NCBI GenBank assembly: GCA_964234715.1
Contig: OZ174279.1
Reading direction: 5' to 3' (one strand)
Length of the DNA: 64,000 nucleotides
DNA from: Podarcis melisellensis
Lineage: Eukaryota
This document shows, one piece after another, positions 23,401 to 35,830 of the stretch (positions are counted from its first letter, which is position 1; every line of letters begins with the position of its first letter). The translations under genes were made by a program, and so were the position numbers. The notes below the pieces were generated by a model. It ran no database searches and was not told the DNA's origin. It was given only the letters and a program-made list of their open reading frames with translations.

Positions 23401-26138
23401 AGTTTTCTATTTTTCTCAGTGATACCAATGACAAGGTAGCCAAAGTGTCAAAAAGGAAGGAAGAGCCTGGAATAGAGGCATTTTCCATTATAATCAGGGG
23501 GTACAATTTAACCCATGACCATGTCATAGTGTTTTGGCTCAGGAGGGTGGGACCTAGGTGCTGGGTATTAAAAATACTTTGCAACCACAGTAATAATTTA
23601 ACAGTTCCCTGCTAGAACTAGCCTACAGAGAACTTCTTTTCAAGTGTCCTCGATCACAGCTACTGTTTTTCACTTTTCACATTAAGGGTCACAAAATAAC
23701 AAAGAGAGACTGAAAGTAGCTGCAGCTAGAATGACTGGGGAAGCTATATTGTTATAATCAAAGATAAAAAAACTACAGGGGAGAAAAATGGAGCAAGTCT
23801 GTTCCTTTACTCTGGTGGAAGAAGCAAAAATGCTAGAGGTTAAACATCAGTAGAGTGTTTCAGTAATAACTGTGATTCCTGACAGCTGGAAATAAAGTAC
23901 CTTTCTCTTCAATGAACTTTACTTCAAGACGGGACTTATAAGGTTTTTACACAAGATGACAACAATTTTAAGCAAACAGCCAAAATACACAAGTGAACAA
24001 CATATAGATAATCTTGCTTAAATGCAGCTGTGTATTGTGTGGTGTTCCCTCCCCCAAATGAATGAATGAATGAATGTTCTAAGCATCAATGCAGATCATA
24101 TAACTAGATGGTGTCTGTCTTAAAGTATCCCAAAGGAGTGTTTTTGTATATATAGTGGTTGCATCTTTAGCTGAACAAAAAAAGGGGAAATTAGAAAAAT
24201 GGAAAGAATAAACATCTCTGCATGCAGAAAAAAATAAGGTGAGTGATAGAATGCAAAATAGAAACCAAAGAGCAGCCAAAAAAGAAAGAATAATGCAAAC
24301 AGGGCTGAGAAAGAGAATGAACTAAAATATGGGGAGACTCAACAGAAGGGAAAGTCTACATATCAGCAATGTTTGGCGCCTGAAAATGAAAAGCCTCAGC
24401 TTACAGTATAACGTCAGAAACATAAAAGGAAGGATCAAAAGATAACACTAAGAACTCTTGCTTGTGGAGAAAAGGAAACAATAACACCAAAACACAAAGA
24501 AGCAAAGGGAATGGGAAGAAAAGGGTCTACAGCAGATGGATCCAATGTGCAGCCCATGGGCTGCATGGGTTCTGTGTCTAAATACTCTTAAGGTCTACTT
24601 GGTATGAAAAGTTGGAACATCTTGTGCTAGAAATTCAAAATTTAAAGACTTAAAAGAATGCATAATCACTTGGAAATAGAGACAGGGAGATGAAACATTT
24701 TGTTAACTTGTTATAATTATTATTGCTTATATTCATAATAACAACTACTATTTATTATTATTGCACTAATTTATTATTATTAATATGTGTTTTAAATAAA
24801 TAAATCCCTTTTAGGGTACTTATTCTGCCAAAGTCACTTCCATACTATATCTGAAACATCTGTGTTTGTGCCCAACCTGGGCTCCCTTTAGGAAGGAGAG
24901 AGTATAAATTTAATTATATCAAATATGAAACAGTAACAATATGGTTACAAAAACTACATTGGATCAAATATAAAAGATATATGAAACCAGCCATAAAAAG
25001 AAATCCAATCAACCTAATGTTTCCTCCTGTCTTTCCACATTCCCTCTTTCAAATGGTTTTCAGGTCAAATAAAAACCATAGCTTTCTATTTTAGATTTAA
25101 CAAACTGTGGTTTGTTACAAAAAGGGAACTTTGGTAAGTACTGGAAGATAGAGGATGAGGGGGCAAGGAAGCAAAGATTCCCAGAGCTGGTCCAAATAAT
25201 GTCACACTGGGGACTGGTGTTGTGCTTTAACCAGCTAGTGATATATTTCCAAATCATGCTGAAAAGCGTACCCTAAAAGGTACTTACTGGGCTAGGCTAA
25301 AAAGAAAAGAAAAGCCACATATCTCACTGATTTCAGAACTGTCAACACTGAGCTGCTGCATGCTGCAGAGGGTATGTAAATCAACCACTTTAGAAATTAC
25401 AATTTAATTTAAGTTTCCCAGTAAAGAGTTCTGTGATAAAACACACATATAAGCAGGTATTTGCTGACCTGAGCAAAACACCAAGCTTCAAAGACAAACC
25501 CAAACAACCAGTCAGGAATAAAGAACCACAATATATAAAATTGACGCCATGCACAAACCGCACCACAGTATATTACAGGGCAATCTGAACTGTGTGTGCC
25601 AATGAATATTTATTAATTTAAGGAAAGAAACAAAATAATGAAATTCTTCAAACCCTAAAAGAATGTTTCTGCACAATGTTTGTCTAAGACTACAGTAATA
25701 AAGTTCACCCCCCCCCCCCACGAAATCCTGTGCATTGTCAATTTGTCTGTGATTTGAACGTTTCATGGTGGAACTTGTGATCTTCTGATGTTCTTGGACT
25801 CTAAGTTTCATTAGCCCCACCCAGCATAATCAGGCACAATAGGCTAACATCTGGAGGGCCACAGGTTTCCCAACACTGCTGAAGACCCCATGAAATGTGC
25901 TCATTGCAGAATAAGTGGCAGCACATGAAGAAAGTAGTTGCCACCTGAGATTTCTTCTGAAACGAGCCTTTCTCTGAACCTCTTATCTATAGCGCCAAGT
26001 GTATCAAACATAAATAATGTTATACACTCACAAAGCACTTTTGTATTGTATTTCTGATGCACAGAGATGCTGTGTTCTTGATGTGGGGGTTGTGACATTT
26101 TTAACATGGTATGTGCAATAAAATAGTATTTTTAAGCA

Positions 26139-26139
<1 letters not shown>

Positions 26140-26176
<37 letters not shown>
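26140..26176. repeat. (TAA)n microsatellite
   Basis: Directly visible run. Confidence 0.95.
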
Positions 26177-26177
<1 letters not shown>

Positions 26178-26683
26178 CCCTGTAGTAATTGTGCAAATTA
26201 CAGTTTTACTTCAGTCTTATAAAAATGTGTAAAAGCCAGTTTTGATATTTACCAGGTGTCCTTCCTTTATTCATGTATTTCCCTGCAGCACAACAGCCAA
26301 TAAAGTTTGCAAGCATGTGAATTTCATCATTCATCCTGCAAGCAGGTATACAAAAGTATTAGTCCAAAACCCTTTCCTTGACTTTGAGTCAAATCTCACT
26401 TCACTCCAAGTTCCAGGCTGGCCTCTGAGTTGATTTTCTGCAGTCAACAGAGAAGCCACTAGGAAAAAAGGATACACATTTCCTATAATTTACCCTGTGT
26501 CATATGCTTACTTGGCCATTAGAGGGCATTTTATACTAGAGTGAGTGGTCCACATGCAGCTCTTGAGCTGCATTAGTAAGCCTCATCAGCAGATGCTTAA
26601 AAACAGAGGGAGTTTTCTGTCAACTTTCATTTCATGACTGTCACTTCTCAACCTTTCCTTTCACAGGTACATATTAACATTCA

Positions 26684-26687
<4 letters not shown>

Positions 26688-26726
<39 letters not shown>
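26688..26726. repeat. (TA)n microsatellite
   Basis: Directly visible run. Confidence 0.95.
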
Positions 26727-26731
<5 letters not shown>

Positions 26732-27844
26732 CAAGAGCAAGGACAAGAGGAGATGCCCAGGAGACATAAAAGACTTTAGTTAAGCACTTACAAGACATGC
26801 AGTTAAGCGCCGCAACAACCAGAGTGGATTCCCTCCCAGCCACTAGAAGCAATAAACCCATCCATTGTTAATCTCAAAAGCAGCAAATTAGTATTTTTTT
26901 AATTTTTTCAAAAATGATTAACTGTGGAAAAACTGTAAACAGTGTCAGAGCACTATTATCTGTTTCCTGAGCTGAAGGTTAGAGCTCTTATCGCTCTTTC
27001 GGTGGCGAAGAAAGGAAAGCTGAACTTTCGAACTGTCAAATAGATAAGCCACGGCCACTTACATTCTGGCGGTTCTCTCTCGTTATTAATGTATACTGAA
27101 CATGCAGTCAATTTGTCTTAAGATGCTCTTGGAAAGGGCTCTAAAGGCACATTTATTCATTTCCCTGGGTATGAAGGCATAATATCTCTTTCCATGTAAA
27201 CATTGGAGGGGGGCACAGGGAGAGAAGCCTTTAAAATTTATAGCATAGAAGGAAACAAGAAAAAATCATGAAGATACATTTACACATTATGAAGATCAGA
27301 CTGAAATGCCACAGTAGTAGGGATGGTGCAGTCCAGGACACAGGCAGTTTTCTGCTACTGCAAGTACCCTTTTTACAATGCAGTTGTGTATGTGGTCCAT
27401 AAATCATTGTGCAGAGGGCTGAGATCTTGGCCCTACTTTGCCAACTTCCACGTCCATGTTATAAATCTTAACTTCTGACTGTTGTCAAGACCCATTCCAA
27501 GAAGCCACAAAGTTCTACTTGCCATTTGCGTTTCATTACCACAAATAAAACTTTCTCTATATCACTTCAAGAACAGGAATTTGCCTCACATGACTCGGGG
27601 TGATTGCACTACAGTCTTCTCAGTGTACTAACTCTCTCTTAATATATTACACCAGATACATTTATGCAGTATGGCATTACCTTTGTGATGTGCATTATCT
27701 GACTACACGGAAAATGGAGACTTTAGTATTCAACACTGCAGTTCATTCTGGGGAGGTCTAACAAACTCCAAGAGTGGGTTCCACAGAATGTCTGTCGTCC
27801 AATCCAACCTTAAGTCAACAATACCTTTTATACACAGTATCTGC

Positions 27845-28285
27845 CTTTATTTAATTAATTAACCGTATTTAAAAGCATTTCTAAGTGGTGTACCCTATGT
27901 ACCTGTACAATATATTAAAACAATCCACTAAAACAAAAATACAACTTAAAACCAATAAAACAATATAAAAACATATCAAAGCAAGTAAAACAGAGATTCA
28001 GGGGATTAATCCACATAAATCAGGGTCTAATCTTACATGTCAGGGAAAGCCTGGGCAAAAATATTCACATATTTACAAGACCTGGAACACGGCTTGGCAT
28101 CCGATTGGCAGCCAGTGCAGTTCCTTTGGCACAGGTATAATACGTGCACATCTAAGTGCTTCACTCAACTACCAGGTCACAGCATTCTGCACCAGCTGCA
28201 GCTGTTGGGACAATCCAAAGACAAGCCCCATAGAACATATTATAGTAGTCAAATCATGAGGCTACCAATGCATTAATTACAGTAG
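27845..28285 (-). mobile_element. Decayed L2 LINE 3' fragment
   Basis: Minus-strand residues resembling NALVAS..DYYN and QLQLVQNA (C-terminal L2 ORF2 motifs), followed by a T-rich 3' UTR and A-rich tail. Confidence 0.65.
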
Positions 28286-28479
28286 CTAAGTGGCTAAGAA
28301 GTAGATGATCAAACAACATACAAACAAGCAACTACTGTAAAATACACCCTTTGCATACAACTGGATGATTTCTTTACAACATACAACTGGATGATTTCTT
28401 TAGTGAGGCTTGTATAGAATTGCACACAATTCCATATAACAAATAACACTGAGTCAAGCAAAAGTAACTAGTTATAAAG

Positions 28480-28652
28480 AGCCTGGTTCTCATATAACAC
28501 CAATCCATGGCTTATAAAGTATGGTTTACTAAACCATGGTTTCATTTGTTTGTCCAAACCTGGCCAATATCTTTGGCTAACAACCATGAACAAACCATAG
28601 TCATTAGTTTAGTGCACAATGTTTAACCATAGTATTACATGTGAATCAGGCC
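28480..28652. mobile_element. Palindromic MITE with AAACCATGGTTT motifs
   Basis: Terminal inverted repeats gcctggttctcatataa / ttacatgtgaatcaggc; internal aaaccatggttt. Confidence 0.65.
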
Positions 28653-29789
28653 ACTCTCTAACAAGTAAGTGTATTCTAATGATACTATTTAGCCTAACAA
28701 TTTTAGTTTTCTAGTTTTTTAAGCCTGCAGGTCCTTGCTGATCACACAGAAGCAAAATGGTAGGAAGGAATGGGCAATTCATCAATGGCATATCTGCTGT
28801 GCCAACTGAAGCACTCAGAATTGGTTAACTTAGCATTTTTCATGAATGATGCATTTTGGGGGCTTAATTTAGCATACTCAGCTTTGCAAATGTCATATAC
28901 AGGAGATCAAAGATTTGGCATTCATCATAAATTAAATGGCTATCTAGTAACATTAAATATATTCAGCAAAATATATTTGGGAGTCATAATTTAGCTTTTC
29001 ACTTAGAACTTGTATTTACAAGTGAACTTAAAGGAATTTCATCTGTATGTACCAATTTAGCAACTTGAAATAAAATAGCCTGAAGGGATTCATGTTACTT
29101 AATACACTTCTTTTCTTATGTAGATGATGCTGTGAATAAAGGAAAATGAAAAGAGGGAGAAGTGTTTTGTTTGCCACCCACTGATTAGTATCAATGAGGA
29201 AAATGTTTTAACAGTTCTCTAATAATGACAACATGTGCTTAAGAGATAAACTAATACATTTCTTCAACGCCAGCTCCAGTTTTTCGGAGGGCCCTGTGCA
29301 GGACCTCAGAGGGACCCTTAAAATATGACGGGTGCAGGAAAAAACTGACACAATGCTTGTACCCTCTGACAATGCGCCCATTGTGCCAGCAGTTCTTTCT
29401 AGGGCTGTGCAGAGGTTCTCCCACTTTCACTGGACCTTTTCTTTTCAAGGATGCCAGGAAGTGAATTTCAGCAATATCCATGTAAGATTAGTTGGAAGAA
29501 AGGAAACTGATTTTCAGTAGAGGGGAGACGTATGAAACTTACAATTATGAGGTGCTCCAGGAACTTCTTCATTTAAAAAAACAAACAAAACCATTTGGAG
29601 TGCTGAAAAAGTGTTGATGGGGACACAATGCAACATTCTGTAACAGGTCCACTTATTCCCTTTAGTAACAAATTTGGGTAGTTGCTTACCAGCTTGGAAT
29701 GCAGTAGCTCTTACATACTAAGGGGGAAGAGGGGCCCTTGGAATGCATTAATATACAAAGTTGCAACCTGTGGTAGTTACTTTAACTTA

Positions 29790-29875
29790 AAGCCTGATCC
29801 TATGCTCTGAAAGCGTGATTCACTGGGTTCAGTGAGTCTTACTCCTGGGAAAGGGTACAAAGAATTGCAGCCTTA
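29790..29875. mobile_element. Short palindromic repeat of the 'gctgcaatcct...aggattgcagc' type
   Basis: gcctgatcctatgc...cttactcctggg...gaattgcagc. Related copies at ~37843-37926, ~2372-2410 and ~61255-61291. Confidence 0.55.
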
Positions 29876-30112
29876 AGAAGCCTGTAATTAATTTACGTAA
29901 ATTATGTTGTGGCAAATCCCCTGGAAACAACTACATATGGGATCCATGTGCATTGTGCAAAGCTTAGAGCTCATAGCATCACCGTCAGAAATTATTCTCA
30001 AGTCCAGAAATATTATATCAGCATTAGTTGCCACGTAACATTTCTGAGACGCATCCTTATATAAAATCCAAAGACCCTATGTTTCCATTCATAGATTCAG
30101 CTCCAGAGAAGT

Positions 30113-30114
30113 CA

Positions 30115-30169
<55 letters not shown>
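30113..30169. repeat. Compound (CA)n(GA)n microsatellite
   Basis: Directly visible run. Confidence 0.95.
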
Positions 30170-30172
<3 letters not shown>

Positions 30173-30414
30173 TGTAACGTTTGCATTTGTGTATTCAGGG
30201 TCACTTTTTAAATTATAGATTTTGCATGATGTTATAATAGGTCCAGGTATCCATGCATTCAAGAATGAGGTGACTCAACTCAGGTTAGTTTTTGTTCCTC
30301 CCATTATGCCTTTGGAACAATCCTACTACACATTCATTAACTAAAGTGCTTTGGGTGTTTTAATTTTGCATTCATTTTGCAAATAAATGGCACATTACCT
30401 TTATGTTCCACAGC

Positions 30415-30750
30415 TCCGTTCGCTCACCCTAGTCAACTATAGTTAATGGTTTACCATGAACATGGAGGTCATTCCTGCTTCACTCCTCCCCAACGGGAGC
30501 AATAAAGCAGAATCCCTGGATTAGCTTTGCACTAAAACAAACCATGGTAAGCAATGGTTTGTCCTTGGTTTAACAACTGTGATTTGTTTGAGCAAAGTAA
30601 ACCACGATCTCTGGTTGGGACATAAAAGTTAATCCAGGTGTTATAGTTTGTTGTTCCTGCTCATGCTAAGGGAGGAGCAAAGAGAGCTACCTGCACATTC
30701 ACAGCATGCACATTCACACTATGGTTTACTCACTACTGTGACATGCAAAC
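30415..30750. mobile_element. Degenerate foldback element, copy 1
   Basis: Core aaaccatggtaagcaatggtttgtccttggtttaac with inverted ctcctcccc/gggaggag arms. Confidence 0.55.
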
Positions 30751-31111
30751 ACTAACAATGTGATAAATATCTGGATGTAGTTCAACAGATAACTTGCTTG
30801 CAAGTAACTGGCAAGCACACTGGAGTAAATTGAGCAGCTCATACAATGTAGAAGCACATGTGTTAGCCATTTACCTATTGAACATCAACTTTTACTGTTT
30901 TAAGCTTTCCCTCATTTTATGGCTGGGGTATTACTCTGAAAGACTGTATCTTGTTTTAGGATACTAAAGCTCTGCAAAATAGTATGGCTGTCTCCTTACT
31001 TTAGAAAACGGCAGCCGTGTGAGTTCTACATAACAGATACAGTGGCCACATACATTATGGCGACACATACAGTGGCCACACATACAGTGGCCACATTAAT
31101 TTTGAAGGTAA

Positions 31112-31430
31112 GGCCACAAACCATTGGTTACTGTACATAAGTGAATCATGTTTGTTTCAGTTCTTCTTGTTCCTCCCAGCTTGTGCTGAGATGAAATGAA
31201 CCTCAATCCGTCTTACTGTTGCACCTGAACCAGATATAGTGGTTTGCTTTTCTCCCAGCCAACTACTGTATTATCTGTAACCAAGGTTGTTCTTGGCTTA
31301 CCAGTCATGGCTGGAGCAATGCGAAACGTGACCCCTGGTTTAGATGCGACACAAAGCCACAAATCATAGTTTGTTTCTTCCATGGCACTAGCAAGGAGGA
31401 GACAAATAGTCGAGATACACCATTATTACT
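31112..31430. mobile_element. Degenerate foldback element, copy 2
   Basis: Core tgtaaccaaggttgttcttggctta; inverted arms ttcctcccagcttgtgc / gcactagcaaggagga. Confidence 0.55.
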
Positions 31431-33239
31431 GTCACCATACACCTCCCCCCCCTCTCTCTCTCACACACACTTGAAATAACTTCATTGTTCTTTTTGACAG
31501 ATGCCCTGTAAATGTGTTGGAGAGTGGCATAAAAATACAATAAACATCATTAGAGACCGGAGATCTTCAAACATCCAAATCTTTTATGGCTCAACTATGA
31601 ATCCACAATATTATACATATTGTTTAATGTTCATAAGAAGAGAGGTATGCGAACAAAAAGACCAACCTTGACACAGCTTTTTTTAAAATAATCAGGTTCA
31701 CATTTCCTGTGTTCTCAGTGTGCAGATTTCTTCATAGGAACACTTAACAGCTTGCAATACCAAGGCTATTTTGGGATTCTAACAGCCCACAGATTATTAA
31801 CCTAAACCTATGACAACTCATAATGTTCCATTGTGTACCAAAAGCCTACTTGTGTCTCCATATTGCAAAATATACAGATTACTGAAGCAATGAAGTGTGG
31901 CGGCTCCTATAGAGCTGTTATGGTTTTCTCTAGAAACACCTACTAGGGGTCCCTTTAATGCGCAAATCAGTGCCACTATAGAAGTTAATGGCTATTACTT
32001 GGGGATGCATTATTCCATGGATCACCGACATAATAGACCATTATGGCTCTGGCCTTCTATGTTTCTACAGCAAAGAAGCAGGCACTTGAGAAAAATAGGA
32101 CTTCATAATTAAAGTCCCAATGCATCCAGATTTTTTTAAATGCTGCTGGAAGGTCTCCTGTAATTTTAGAAACCAGAAAGGGGGGGGGGACCTAGTCTAC
32201 ATAATGGCACACATTCTTACATTGACAGCTTCATAGAAATGAGCTTTAAAGATTGCCAATGGTAAGAGCTAATTTTCTGTAAAAGTTTTAAGGTGTTATA
32301 TTTAAAACAAAAACAATTGGGAGAATGCAGCAAACAAAGAAGATGACTTGAAAACAAGCTTGTCATTAATAAAATCCAAATTGGATTTTTTTAAATATAA
32401 AAAGCCATTCTTTCATTTTGATAGGGAAGTGCGCGCGCGCACACACACACAGAGCTTAGTGAGCAAGCAAGCCATTTCTTAACCTGTCTATACACTCTTG
32501 CAGGTTTTGAGATTGAAAGCAAACCTGCCTGCACATATATTTATTAGTTTTGGACCCCTGGGGCTCTTTTAAGCATTAGCAACCTTTAAGATATCACAAA
32601 GAAACTATACCTAAGTAGTGACAGTCTCCCTCTCTCTCTCTCTCTCTCCCTCGCTCCCCCTCCCTCGTTTAATCCTTTTAATTTCACTCCTTCCAATCCA
32701 AATACCTTTGGGGTTCTTCACTCACCTATCTTGACATCTCCCATCTATTTAATGAAATCAGGCTTAAAAGTAGCTCTCCTGCCTACTCCCTGTTGCTGCT
32801 ACCAGAATCCTGACTGGTCTCTTGCTATGTGCTTCCCCTTTCTCTGCATTGAAGATTCCCCCCCCCCAACAACAGCTGACTGCCACCCATCTGTCTCTTT
32901 TTAAGAGTGCAGGCGCATCTCACTCCTTTCTTCTGTTAAAATCCAATGAACATGTGTTTATGTTATTTATGAATGGTCACTGGCTCCACACATAATGCCT
33001 GATATGATTACTCCTGTTGTGACAGCTTATGATGGAGTTTTCTGGAGGTAGTCTGCTTTACAGACAATCTCACCTTGTTCCTAACAAATCAGGCCCTGAA
33101 CTGTGATTGTGTATGTATAACCCAGACAAACAATTAGTGTTATTTTGCAAACTTGTAATAAATTTGCTCAAAATCTCTCTGCTTGCATTTACTTCAAAAA
33201 ACCCAACATACAAAATTATCCTTGTGAAACTGAATAGAA

Positions 33240-33623
33240 GCCGAGACTACATATTACCAAACCATTGTTTCGTGAGAACATCTGAGCATACAAACTCCCA
33301 GAGTGGAGGATGTAGTCACTTCACTCCTCCCCAGTCATTTTGCTGCTGTTTCACAGCTTGGGCTCATGGTTTGGGGCTCTTCAGGCTAACCACAAGCTGT
33401 AACCAAGGTTTGTTCTTGTTTTATGGCTTTTGTTTAGACTGGAGAACACTAAACCACAGTATGGGTTCAGATGAAATGCTAAACCAAGCCATGGCTTGGC
33501 TTAGCTTAATGTACTGCAGCAGCAAAGAAATAGGGAGGGAAAAACTGGCCACAATATCCTTCCAGGAATCTATGCATTCATGCTTAGCCACAGTTTGGCT
33601 TAGTGAGATTTGTGAACCAGACC
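33240..33623. mobile_element. Degenerate foldback element, copy 3
   Basis: Core tgtaaccaaggtttgttcttg; arms ctcctcccc..ttttgctgctg versus cagcagcaaa..gggaggg; end gtgaaccagacc. Confidence 0.6.
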
Positions 33624-35524
33624 ATGGTATATTATGTAAATTTTGTATTAATAGAAAATTAATATAAAAAAACTATTTTAAAAACACAATTGGCAGGGAG
33701 AGACCAAATCCAGTCTTCTGCCTAGTTTTCCTTCCTATAAAATTGCTTGATTGGCACTGTTGCCAATTTTCTAACAGGGTTAGACATGCACAGTCCTGAC
33801 AGCTGGATCTGGGGAAGAAATATGTATGTATCACACCTTCAGTTTTTCATGTGGCTGCAGCCACATGTGGCTGTTTCTATATGCAATTGCCCCCTTGCTG
33901 GAAGACAGGGGAAGAAATACATGTTACAGAAAGAAGAAAAGTAGACAAAAGAGATGCAACAATACTTAAGGCAAATTGAAGGCTAACTTCACTGTGGGGG
34001 CAAGCCAGCAGAGAATTGAGCAGGTAGGGGCTTTTGCAATCCTATTCGGCATTCACCCAAGATAGGACCTCACCTTTTGGAGGGAGGAGTGAAAACCAGT
34101 TCTGGAATTTTCCAGGGATAATTCTTCAAAGGTACAGAATTCCATGAATGTGACAACACAGAGACCATAAAAAAGCACATTTATCTACAGAACTGCCCTC
34201 ACAATCAGCCTCCACTTCAGTCATGTTGGCACAGCTACTACAGTTCTGCCAGGTGAGCTAATTCTGCGCCAAGGAACTGAGTAAGCTGTTCCAAATGCAA
34301 CAAAAGAATCATATTTTATAGAAGCAACATTTGTGATATAGTTTGATTCCAAATTCTAAACTCGATTAAGGTGAACTCCTAACATTCCATTTATCAGCAA
34401 TTATTGATTTGAGACAATGATATTCAGCATGGGCCCTCTCCAGAATTGTCATTTCATGTGCTGGGGTGTTTTTAACAAGGTGTATATATGTGATTTTTTT
34501 AAAAAAACATACTGGGGGAATAATTAGTTCCAGCATTAATACATTCTTCAATTAACTTCTCTCATTAGAATAATCTGAATTCACATTTTTTAGTTCCCTA
34601 AGGTTAACTAAGACCAAAGATTCAGAAATGTATTTAAAGTTGTGAAATAATAAAGTAATTTGTTAGTGTTTGGTGATATGGATGCTGAGGTGAGTTTGTG
34701 AAATAAATTACTTGGCCAAAAAAGATAAATAAATAGTTTGGATCCTAAGATAAAGCAACTTTAGGAAGTTCACAGAAAAATAGCTTCCTGTTCCTTCTTC
34801 CCCCTTGCAGCAATTTGCACACTTCAAAAAAGCTTCTCTGGAGGACTTCGGGGGGAGGGATGAGGGGGCTCCTGAACAATGTGGGATGGAGCAGAAGGAG
34901 ACAAAAACTTTCATTCTAGTTTCCTACTTCCTTAAATTAGCTTATCTTCAGATCAGAGCCAATGCTTTTGATGGAAAAAGCTGCGGCAGTCATAAATGCC
35001 CACCACTTGCAAACATATATCTTTTAGCGATTGCATTTACTTTTATTCTTCACACTGTGCAAGCTTCATCAATGAAAGGGGAAGGGGAAAGCATCTCTAA
35101 TGACATCACTTTTACTGTAATTCAAAAATCATGTTCCTCACAGCAGCTGGAAAGATTAAGCAGGCCAAGACTAAACAATAACATGATTTGTTTGGGAAAT
35201 GTATTTAAACCAAGATTTTATAATTTTTTTAAAAAAAACTTGTTCATGTGTTTATTTGATAGCATTATCTCACACTGTTCTCCTTGCAGCATGCAGGTCA
35301 TACTCCATTCATGGCTTAAGGAAGCGAATTTGTTTCAGCCTGGAAGACAAGCAAGAGGGAATTGAATCCTCTTACTATATGCAAACAAGGCCAGGTACAT
35401 TTTCCCTCATAATTTTCTTTGATGCTGTTTATACCTCATGAGGCAAGAACTCAAATACTGGCAACTTTTGTACTTTGAGCAGGAGGGTCCTGTTAAATAG
35501 ATTGTCCTCTCTTAGGTGGGTGCC

Positions 35525-35830
35525 GAGTTCACACAAAATATGAAGTCAAACTATGGCTAAATGTGAATGAGTAAGCATGTACTCACCGGAAAAAAATATA
35601 GCTGCTTCATTCCTTCTCTAGCCCTGCTGCACTACCCAGAGCGAAGCCTGGCTTAGCATGAGTCTTGAAGCTAAGCTTGTGGTATTTTTTCCTCCAGAAA
35701 AACCACAAGTTGTAAGCCAAGAACAAACCATGTAACGCTAAGCCAAACCATAGCTGAGCTCATGAGAGTGCAGCAGCAGAACAAGGGAGAAGAGAAACAG
35801 CTGTGATTTTTACTCTGGATTGCCTAAGCG
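35525..35830. mobile_element. Degenerate foldback element, copy 4 (core in opposite orientation)
   Basis: Starts gttcacac; core taagccaagaacaaacc; arms ctgctgcact / agtgcagcag. Confidence 0.6.

Noticed and set aside
24170-24530. Strongly A/purine-skewed tract
   Set aside because: Low-complexity sequence without periodicity or a credible reading frame.
31036-31095. Three copies of atacagtggccaca with short spacers (CRISPR-like look)
   Set aside because: Eukaryotic intron, irregular tiny spacers, no cas genes; simple slippage duplication.
33107-33667. 186-aa ORF on the + strand
   Set aside because: Non-ATG start, overlaps a degenerate foldback repeat, no recognisable domain; chance ORF in an intron.
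34805-35365. 186-aa ORF on the + strand
   Set aside because: Non-ATG start, crosses homopolymer runs, no protein-family motif or exon structure.
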